NCBI GenBank assembly: GCA_028023455.1
Contig: JAQFVV010000001.1
Location: 12,462,001-12,526,000, forward strand
Direction of reading: 5' to 3'
Origin: Epiperipatus broadwayi
Lineage: Eukaryota > Animalia > Onychophora
Length of the DNA stretch: 64,000 bases
The notes beneath the pieces were generated by a model. It searched no databases. It worked only from the letters and a program-made list of their open reading frames with translations, and had not been told where the DNA came from. Shown here in pieces: positions 1 to 10,197 of the stretch; within the stretch, counting starts at the first letter, position 1, and each line of letters starts with the position of its first letter. Made by a program: the position numbers and the translations under genes.

Positions 1-3000
1 AGAATTAATTATTTTTAAAATAATCTGATATTTTTAATGTATAATTTTGTTTGTTATACATTCCTATTTCTTTGTTACAAAATTTTTTTTGGTTTTAAAA
101 ATAGAAAATTCTTTCAATAACTTTTCTTGTGTAATTATGAGATTAGAATTCTCTAAAAAATGTTTTAATATAAATAGTGTGCAATAGAAATCATTTGATC
201 TTCTTTTTTTTTCTGATTCTCTTGCTCATCATGCTGGTCATCAATATAGGAGTTATATCAAACTAATGTGTGACTGTCAGACATCTCCTCAGGCACCAAG
301 AAACTTTCCATATATTATTAATTTGCACCTAGGAACTCATTCAAAAGGTGTATAGAACTAGCTTCGTTGGATTGGTCTGGCCTCACATTAACTAAAATCT
401 ATTAAATCAACAACTATAACTATTAATAGTGTATATTTTATATATGTGTGAAAACTGGGACTAAATATTTAAACTCTACCAACATTAGATCCTGCAAAAC
501 CAAATTAAACTTTGGATTTCAATACAGAATATTTTTAAAATAAAAAAAAACATGCATAAAAGAAATAAATACTTTTATTATCATTGATGGCTTTTGCTTA
601 CTGCTGCATAAATACTGATCTTAAATAATTTTTTTAATCATTTTAATTTATGAACTTTATTTAAATTGAAAATAAACTTTCTTTGTTTTATCTAAAGACG
701 CAATATTATTTATTTTGCCATCCATTTTTTGGTTAGCATTTTTTATTATTATTATTATTCACTTTGAATTAATAATTATTGTGTAAGCTATATTTAATGA
801 ATTAAATTGTATTATTAATATGTTAGTTTTAAGAAATTAAATTGGGAGAATGAGGCTAAACTCCACAGGTATTTATTTGTTTTAAAACATTTAATATGAA
901 TCAATGGTTTGGCTTGCAGAAATCATTCTCCTAATACTTGGTTAAATTTTTAGAGGTTTGAAAAATAAAATTTATGTAAAACTGGATAAGTATAAATTAG
1001 AATGTATATGCCAATAGAAACTATTACTCAAAATTAATATCTATGAATACTATCGGATTTTAACTAATTTATTAGGACCAATATTCAAAGGGGGGAGGGG
1101 GAGTTAGTTAAGGAATTTATTAATAGGTTGAAGTTGATGTTGAAATGTGATTTTGCTTTATTAATTTGCTAAGGTAAGTGCTGTGCACTGACACCACTAG
1201 TATTGCAGTCATGTTAAGGTGAACAGCCAAGCAGAAATAAATCTTACACAAACAATTTCATTAAATAATAACTTAAAGTTATTTGGCCAGAAAGGTAACA
1301 ATATAAAAAGTAATATGAAAAATAATGTACGTATACATCCATACAGACTTATAAAGTAATAATAAGGCTGATGTAGCCTGTAAAAGCTCCTAAGTTCACT
1401 TTGGAACCTTCAGTGATGGAAATTCATTGGGTACTCCATTGTCCTCTTGTACACTTGAACTTCAGCCTTGTAGTTGTCTTTAGTTCACAACATGATGCAA
1501 CTCCCAAGATGGGATTGTGTACACAAACACGTATATGTCTTCTTCTTAAGTTGGGTTTATATCCTTTTCCTGATCATTCCCAGGAAATAACACTATAACT
1601 TTTTAATTACCTTTGCATACTGTGGAAATTTCTAGATTCAGATTATCAATCTAATTACTTATAATGGTATTTCTATTTCTGAAACAGGAACAATTTCTTT
1701 TAATTTTAATCAGCTTAGTTGATCTCTAAATATTTAGTTCTTTACAATTGAAAAATATGTTTCTCAACTAATAAAATGTATACTTTTTTGTTTACATTAT
1801 TTAACTTGGATAAATATTATTTAGTTTGCTTACAATATTCCTTATTTATTTCTAAACATAGCAGTAATCTTGACTTGTTGATTAAAAGTTTTAAATGAAT
1901 TCTAATTATAGTTCAATTTATATGCATCACGGATGTGCTTATAAAATAAAAGAGGATGTTGAGGATAGTTATATGTAGCTGTAAAATATTCTTAAAATTT
2001 TATGTACCTTATTATTCTTGTATTTGAGAAGTGCCTTCATTTTATTGATGTTTCATACATCAAATCTTGAGAATTTGAAACAATTTTATTTAATTTGACT
2101 ATATTTTATCTCAAATATTTCCAAATTAGATATGCAGTTAATTATTATGTGGTGCTTTATTGAATATGTATTGTTAAGACTATTAAAAATGTGTAATATT
2201 CATATGAGTGATTATTATAAGATGCTTTATTGAAGTCTGTGCTACTGTTGCTGCTAAGTAAAATTCTGAAGTCACATATATGTGTGCACATACCAAATTT
2301 AACTTTATCTTACATAACCAATTGTTCATGAATAAAATGATTAATATTATTGATTTACTAATAAAACTCAGTCCATGATAGTATTTAGAAAGATATTGGA
2401 AAATGTTATATTTAATCTTTATTACCACTGAACTGTGTAACTGACTCATTTAATTATGCATATTATACTTAAGCTTTTATTTTATTTGTTTTATTTTATT
2501 TATTTTTTTGTTTATTGCATGATATTAGTACTTCTATTTACATGCCCATTTATCTTTTTGGATTTACTGTTCTGAATTTTTTCTAATTACTAAGTCATCT
2601 CATGCTGTCTATATAAGATGTTGTAAAAGATTAATTAAATCAAGAATGGCAGAAAGAAATAGAATACTTAAAATTACAAAACACAATAAAGCAAGTCAAA
2701 GACTGACTTTTTATGCAACCAAAGTAAAAATAAAGGTGACAGATCAAACCAGAAGTGTTGATTAATTGGCTTGTTTTAATTTAAATTTATGGATTTTATT
2801 AATTTGTGAAAAAATCTTTTGAGTAGATTGTAATTTGGCTGATTTATTACATTTATTAATAGAATTTGATATTTTCAAAATGTCTGTGGCTTTATTAAAA
2901 AAATTTTTATGATGATTGTTACATCTAAATAATATGTCTGTTATTCATTTCAATATGTGTGGCCTAATATTTTTTAGAATGAGTCTCATAAATTTGTTGA

Positions 3001-5084
3001 GTCTGGAGAGAAATCTTTAGGCTTGATCAAAATATGATTTTTTTGTTTAATAGAAAATATTGTCTATATGTTCCAGCATCTTTACACACATTCAATTTTG
3101 CAGGTGATTTCATTTATATAAGAAATGATTACTTTAATAATTTTTTTTTTTTTTTTGGTATTTTTTGATTTAATTCATTGTTCTATTTATAGTAATGGTA
3201 GCATAATCATTCATTATTAAAAGATCATGTATATGTTTTATTTTTTTATCCAGAATACTTTCATAAAAAAATACCCTGTCAAAGAGCGACTTCACTATGG
3301 AAAAAGTCAGAACTGAATTGAAATAAGATTATGCCTTCAATGATCTATCAATATTTAGATGTTTCTATATTGTAATGGATAATTATGGAGATGAAAAGTA
3401 TTTTTTCCAAATGCCAAAAATATAATAGATAAGAACTTCCTGTTTAATAAACGCCCCATAGATTTAGGTCACCATAAAATACAATGGATACATGCTATAT
3501 TTGGAGCGCACAAAATGTAACTATTAGATAGATAAATGAATAGGCTGATCCACAAATGGATTTATAATAATTTAGATCTACATTATAATGGGCTTATGAA
3601 TTTATAAGGCATCAATGAATCCAATAAATAATAATTTACTTACTAATGAGGTATAGCATGGGATGTATAATTGAATATCTTAATAATAAAATAAATTGTG
3701 TAATAAAAATTTTGTATAATAGAATAAGCTGTGCAATAGGCAAATCAAATGATGCTTAGGTTAATAATAATAAAATATATATTTATTAAGGTAGACATTA
3801 ACTCATTGAGGTGTCTAAGGCAAATAACATAACTTCGATTTTAACAATTGCGATTTAACATCATTCACTGTATATTTATAACCTATCCCCGACAGATTTG
3901 CAATTGTTAGATATGATCTAAAACCAAAAATCTTTAATATGCAGTCATAAAAAGCTTAAATACATAATCTTGCATGCAATAAAAAATTTAATATTTTTTA
4001 TTTTTTAAAAAATATATATCTCATATCTTAAATCAGGTAATGCTTTTATGGTAACAGTCTCTTTATAATTTAAGCTAAATTTTATGAAATATTAGTTATG
4101 TTTTAAATTTTGATTTGTTTTTTAAAAATAATGTGTTTCAATAATTAAATCTTACTTGATTTTACTATTTAAATGTGTATCAAATGATAATAAATGATAG
4201 ACTGCATTAATAATTAAAATTATTATAAGGGAAGAAGAATTTCAATAGATGTCAGGGTGTACTATTATTCCATTGATTATTATTAATAAATGAAAGTTAT
4301 CTGAGTAAATAGTTTAGAAAAGATTTGTTTAAAAAATAAGCAAAACTCTCATGTGATGTTTAAAAGATTTGTTTATTGGTATTTGTTACCAAGTTCCTCA
4401 TATAACTCCGGATTACGGTTTCCTCCTTCTCTAGTGACATCTTTTCTAATATTCCCATGCTAGCAAATACAGATATAGGATTCAGTAGGCATTTTATTTA
4501 TTAGATGATATCTATTTATTTTTTTAGAGGTACTACAATCCATGGCAAATTTAACAGTTTGTAGCTCTAGGCAGTCAGCATAGCATTTGTTATCCATTCC
4601 ATTTATTTATAAAGATATCAACTGAGGGGAGTTTATGTTCTTTGCCTCTGTGTGATTTCTATTCAGTGTACATTATAATTGTGTTACAAATCCGGAATCT
4701 GTTGAAAAAAATATGTAAAATGAAACAAATTTTGAAGAAAAAATGTGTTATTTTTGCTGAGCCTTTTTATTTTGTTACTTAGTAACAACAATAATGGCAG
4801 TCTTTAAAACATTAGCTCATGGAGCATGAATTTCCCTTTATTTCAAACTTAATAAAGTCCATCGTTACTGATAGACATAAAAAAAAAAAAAATTTTTTTT
4901 AAATTTTAATCAATAAATTTGTTCAGTCATTCTCCATTTATTCAAACTAAAAATATATTTATTACATATAAGATTTCTGTTTTTTTTTTATTATTATTCA
5001 CTTATAGACTACAGGGGGATAATAAATGATGATTATGTATATCGCAATATATAAAAAATATTTGTTTTGAAAATTTGGATATGA

Positions 5085-5510
5085 GATCAATGAGAGTTGT
5101 TCATCCATCTCTGTTTCCATAATGAATTTAACTTGATCGTTGAAATTATTAACATGTAGTAAGGAGTTACAAATTTTTTTTTCTTCTTGACATGATCTAA
5201 TAAACATGTCATCAATGAATCTGAGCTAGGTAGATGAATTGTTTGACATAACAATTTAAAGCCCATGTCTCAAGTTCTTTCTTAAATAAATTGGTAAAAA
5301 TGTTAGAAGTGGGTGATCCCATCAGGCTTCCAATCACTTGTTTATAGTGTTTCCATTATAAATGAAAAGAGTTGTTTATAAGACAATATTTAGTTAGAGT
5401 CATAATCTGGTCATAAATTGCAACTGTGAGAAACTATATCTAAAGTTTCCTTACCTGGTCCGTTATTAGTAAAGAATTGAAGTAACATTGAAACCGATAA
5501 GATTGTATTT
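5085..5510 (-). mobile_element. Penelope-like element (PLE) reverse transcriptase remnant, frameshifted
   Basis: Manual minus-strand translation across frameshifts gives LIGFNVTS...TLTKYCLINNSF...GSLMGSPTSNIFTNLFKKELE...RFIDDMF...LLHVNNFNDQVKFIMETEMDEQLSLI. This matches the PLE RT motif order LVSFDVxSLF / GxAMGSPLSPxxANLFM / RYVDD / IKFTMExE..LPFLD. Confidence 0.8.
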
Positions 5511-6499
5511 CATTATGATTTTTAAATTATTAAAACAAATAAAATAAGACTGTTTTTATATATATATATAAATTCATAAAGAAATTAATTGCCACATATC
5601 TTGCTTTGGCTTGAGAAGGCAATCTTAAGTCACTAATAATAGGATAGAGTAGAATGTCTATTTTATGTTCTTTTAGTAGATCATATAATTTAGAACATAC
5701 AGAGGACTTTTCTCTTGGGATTTTATTTTTATTATCATCATCATTAGGACATATATTAATAAGAATCTTAATTTTCTTATAAATATAAGCTTTACCATTT
5801 AATAAATCCAGAATTTTATTTAAAAAGTCATGGTCATTGTTGTCAGGAAATAGTTTATAGATTTGTCTGATTTAAAATTTTTAAGATCTAATTTTTCTTT
5901 TGTGTTATTTTTAAGATGTGAAGCTTTGCTTAAAATATTGCAGATATAAATTCTTTGAATACTATTTGCAAACATTCTTCATAATAGATTTGTTTGTAGG
6001 GGATTTGAACACAGACTTTCAAGCTCCCTCGACTATCCATTCTATCTCATACAACTAATACACATAACCACACACGTGAAAAGGGTAAATGATCTCATGT
6101 ACATATTTTCATGCTGAACCAGCAATCATAATTCCACGTATATAAATTATGACTTGTATTTAAATATAACAGATTTGAATATTGCATATTAGATAGAGCC
6201 ACGAAAGCTGAACAGAAAATGTTAATAAATAAAAAAATTAAGATTCATGTATGAGTTCTTTACAATAATTTCATTTAAAAGAAAAAAAGTATTCTGCAAA
6301 GAATGATTTAGCTATGGAAAAGATTTAAATTGGCTGGAGATGAATTGATGCCTTCAAGTACTTATCAATGTGTGTGTATTTATATATGTATGGAAAATAT
6401 TTGCAATTAAAAAAAAAAAAAAAACATTTTTGACATAAATTAAAATTGATAATTTCTATTTGAATTGAACACTTACTAGTATTTGGATGAACAGATGTC

Positions 6500-7520
6500 A
6501 TATTTTTTCAAAATTTCACTATTAGACAGCATGTTGCTTGCTAGGAAAAAGACTGCATTTAACAACCCACATTTTCTTGCTTATCTTTTTTGTTGCTGTT
6601 TGCATGTGCAGCTCAGTAGAAATTCTCACTGCTATTCAGTCATATATTTGAAATCTGCCATGCTTCCTAAAAAGTTCTATAGACAAATAATTGCCAGTGA
6701 AAACATGGCATTTTTTTTTTTTGCTGCACAATCTGAATAAAATAGATCATGAAAAACTTTATGCCAAATGTACTTTGATTATGCAAGAGAAATAGAAAAA
6801 TGTTAATAATGGATTTGTTCCCATTTTGCATTATAGTTGCCAATCAATCTGTCGGTCAAAAGTGGTAATGTGTGACAATTTGGAACTGGTATTTTTTTAA
6901 ATTTTCGACTAACTGTATAGACAGCCAGAAAATTGATTGGCAAAGCTTGTAACACAGTAGGGTATTTGTTCAATTTCTGCAGTGAAGTTTGTGTGAGAGT
7001 CCAAATGATAGGTGTTATTCAATCCACCATCTTAATACATGAAGTGAGATTTGTTGGTCATAAAAAAAACACCACTGTAGGAAGGATGTTACTAGATGAC
7101 AAAGTATCATCATACGATTGAAACACCCATTTTGGTAACTGTAAAAATCAGAGCTTGGATAGACAGATTCTGGATGTTCAGCTCGAGGGATCTGATTGTC
7201 ATTTCTGTATTGTGCCAAGACAAGGATATTCTTTTTCCCATTATTTAAAGAGAATGTACACATTGGCTGTCATCAACTCTGATGAATCGCTGTTCTACAT
7301 GAATGTAAATGTGGGATTTTGACATTCCACTGTGAACTACCAACTACATTACATTGACAGATGATAGGAATCCAAATGCAGATTATTAAACATTCTTGAG
7401 TTGAGACCAAGTACACAATTCTGAAAAAGATGAAGAACCATCTCATTTCTTTTACCATCTCTTTTGGATCAATATGTCAGAAAATATTCAGAATAACAAT
7501 CCAAATTCTTTTTTAACATC
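6500..7520 (-). mobile_element. Highly decayed coding-like island, possibly a piggyBac-like transposase relic
   Basis: Less AT-rich than its flanks, with broken minus-strand frames. STFGIKFFMI followed by HVFTGNYLSIELF resembles the piggyBac KxGIK and VFxDNYF motifs. No TTAA or TIR found, and the motif order is not clean. Confidence 0.25.
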
Positions 7521-8248
7521 TCTGAAGAACATTATTGCAATCTATTGCCAATAAAAATGTTTGCCTTTTTTTAAAAAAAAAAAAAGTATTAGTTTATATT
7601 ATTTTTTATAGTTTTTCTTGCAAAATTTTAGTTTGGATTGCTTTGTATTATTTTTTTAATAAATTACTGAGTTTATATTATATTATTATAAAATTACACA
7701 ATAAATTTTACAATCTTAAAATTATCTTTTATTGCTTTTTAAAAAAATTAGGTATTACTCATTGCCATTAGTTTTTATAAAAAAAAATTACAACAATATT
7801 TTATTTGCTGTGAAAATATTGTTATTAATTAATACCTCAGTACAGCTTTGGTGGGTCTACCTGTTATGTAATGTGTAATCAGTTACATAGAACATCTATG
7901 TGAGTAGTACCATTTTTTGTATATTTTCATTTATATTAGTTGTCCAAAAATTAAATATTTCAAAATAATGCAGTTACAAATTTAGGTGTGCTGTACTGTA
8001 TAGTTTAACATTGCAGAAAAAGTATTGCCCTGAAGTTATTAAGATTCTTAGATTATATATAAACATATAATTTACCCAAGAAATCATGTATTGTTTGAGC
8101 ATCCTTTATGTGTTTTATTTCTTTCAACTGTTAGGATTTATTTAATCTTTTACAATAACTCCTACCAGCTTTAGAGTAACTAGATAAAATCTTTACCCAG
8201 TTGAAGACAAATGCTATTTTGCTCAAATGTCAGTACAATTACATATTA

Positions 8249-8345
8249 GCCGATAGGTCATCGCAGCCACCTTGCAAGCAAGTAGTTGGTTGCATACGGT
8301 TGTGGGTTCGCCTTCCGGACGATGCTATGACATATGAAAAAAAAA
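8249..8345 (+). mobile_element. tRNA-Gly-derived SINE, 5'-truncated (subfamily A)
   Basis: Partial A box (GCCGATAGG), anticodon-like arm CTTGCAA, B box GGTTCGCCTTCC, trailer GATGCTATGACATATG and poly(A). Perfect 12-bp TSD AATTACATATTA at 8237-8248 and 8346-8357. Homologous to 38471-38581 and 47747-47846. Confidence 0.85.
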
Positions 8346-8573
8346 AATTACATATTACTATTTTACGTGGTTGATTCTGAAAATTGTTGTGAATTATAAT
8401 GTATTTATATGTGTTAAACCATTAAGCATCACATGATCACATTTCCTATACTAGCACATTAATTGTTGATAAACAGAGCAAAACTCTCCATACAGTATTG
8501 CCACCTGTGCTAAACAGAGTAATCAATGGATGCCAGAAGGCTTGTGCATAAAATCCCTATCTAATGCCTACTC

Positions 8574-8632
8574 ATCCAATATCCCCAGACTAGTTTCTGG
8601 CTTGTGGCCTTCATCAGTGAGGAGCTTTGGAT
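8574..8632 (-). ncRNA. Type I hammerhead ribozyme motif, copy 1
   Basis: Minus strand reads AUCCAA-AGC-UCCUCA CUGAUGA A GGC-CACAA-GCC A GAA AC-UA-GU C UGGGGA-UA-UUGGAU. It has the conserved CUGAUGA and GAAA boxes, a GUC cleavage triplet, 6+6 bp stem I with an internal loop, 3-bp stem II and palindromic ACUAGU stem III. Predicted cut between 8588 and 8587. Confidence 0.8.
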
Positions 8633-9029
8633 CTGAGAGCACTGCATCTAGATCTTAGGATCTAATGCAACCCTCTAGCAACCACCTTTTATCTCTCCTT
8701 AACTACTAAACTATGAGAATGAAATTGAAAACACAAAAAATATTTTCAATCTAAGCTCAATAGCTTAAATAGTCATATGGGTCTGAACTCAGTTCAGCAT
8801 CCATACATTTTGGTGTCTTTGGCTCTTTTACAACCATAGCCTCCACTATCCTATTAGGCAGGATTGGTGTTAAACCATTAAGCATCACATGATCACATTT
8901 CCTATACTAGCACATTAATTGTTGATAAACAGAGCAAAACTCTCCATACAGTATTGCTACCTGTGCTAAACAGAGTAATCAATGGATGCCAGAAAGCTTG
9001 TGCATAAAATCCCTATCTAATGCCTACTC

Positions 9030-9088
9030 ATCCAATATCCCCAGACTAGTTTCTGGCTTGTGGCCTTCATCAGTGAGGAGCTTTGGAT
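9030..9088 (-). ncRNA. Type I hammerhead ribozyme motif, copy 2
   Basis: Identical to copy 1, 456 bp away. Confidence 0.8.
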
Positions 9089-9485
9089 CTGAGAGCACTG
9101 CATCTAGATCTTAGGATCTAATGCAACCCTCTAGCAACCACCTTTTATCTCTCCTTAACTACTAAACTATGAGAATGAAATTGAAAACACAAAAAATATT
9201 TTCAATCTAAGCTCAATAGCTTAAATAGTCATATGGGTCTGAACTCAGTTCAGCACCCATACATTTAGGTGTCTTTGGCTCTTTTACAACCATAGCCACC
9301 ACTATTCTATTAGGCAGGATTGGTGTTAAACCATTAAGCATCACATGATCACATTTCCTATACTAGCACATTAATTGTTGATAAACAGAGCAAAACTCTC
9401 CATACAGTATTGCCACCTGTGCTGAACAGAGTAATCAATGGATGCCAGAAGGCTTGTGCATAAAATCCCTATCTAATGCCTACTC

Positions 9486-9544
9486 ATCCAATATCCCCAG
9501 ACTAGTTTCTGGCTTGTGGCCTTCATCAGTGAGGAACTTTGGAT
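9486..9544 (-). ncRNA. Type I hammerhead ribozyme motif, copy 3
   Basis: Same motif with one substitution in the stem I internal loop (AGC to AGU); core intact. Confidence 0.8.
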
Positions 9545-9682
9545 CTGAGAGCACTGCATCTAGATCTTAGGATCTAATGCAACCCTCTAGCAACCACCTT
9601 TTATCTCTCCTTAACTACTAAACGATGAGAATGAAATTGAAAACACAAAAAATATTTTCAATCTAAGCTCAATAGCTCTCAG

Positions 9683-9741
9683 ATCCAAAGCTCCTCACTG
9701 ATGAAGGCCACAAGCCAGAAACTAGTCTGGGGATATTGGAT
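9683..9741 (+). ncRNA. Type I hammerhead ribozyme motif, copy 4 (inverted arm)
   Basis: ATCCAAAGCTCCTCACTGATGAAGGCCACAAGCCAGAAACTAGTCTGGGGATATTGGAT read directly on the plus strand. Predicted cut after C9727. Confidence 0.8.
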
Positions 9742-10138
9742 GAGTAGGCATTAGATAGGGATTTTATGCACAAGCCTTCTGGCATCCATTGATTACTCTG
9801 TTTAGCACAGGTGGCAATACTGTATGGAGAGTTTTGCTCTGTTTATCAACAATTAATGTGCTAGTATAGGAAATGTGATCATGTGATGCTTAATGGTTTA
9901 ACACCAATCCTGCCTAATAGGATAGTGGTGGCTATGGTTGTAAAAGAGCCAAAGACACCAAAATGTTTGGGTGCTGAACTGAGTTCAGACCCATATGACT
10001 ATTTAAGCTATTGAGCTTAGATTGAAAATATTTTTTGTGTTTTCAATTTCATTCTCATAGTTTAGTAGTTAAGGAGAGATAAAAGGTGGTTGCTAGAGGG
10101 TTGCATTAGATCCTAAGATCTAGATGCAGTGCTCTCAG

Positions 10139-10197
10139 ATCCAAAGCTCCTCACTGATGAAGGCCACAAGCCAGAAACTAGTCTGGGGATATTGGAT
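10139..10197 (+). ncRNA. Type I hammerhead ribozyme motif, copy 5 (inverted arm)
   Basis: Identical to copy 4. Predicted cut after C10183, exactly 456 nt after copy 4. Confidence 0.8.

Noticed and set aside
1385-1598. ORF 1401-1598 and a faint CR1/L2-like minus-strand remnant
   Set aside because: No splice context, and the LINE-like similarity is too weak to support by eye.
4401-4436. Possible degenerate hammerhead (CACTAGAGAAGGA…TCCGGAG, minus strand) 650 bp downstream of the PLE RT relic
   Set aside because: Both catalytic boxes are broken (CUAG for CUGA, GGAG for GAAA), so it cannot be told from chance.
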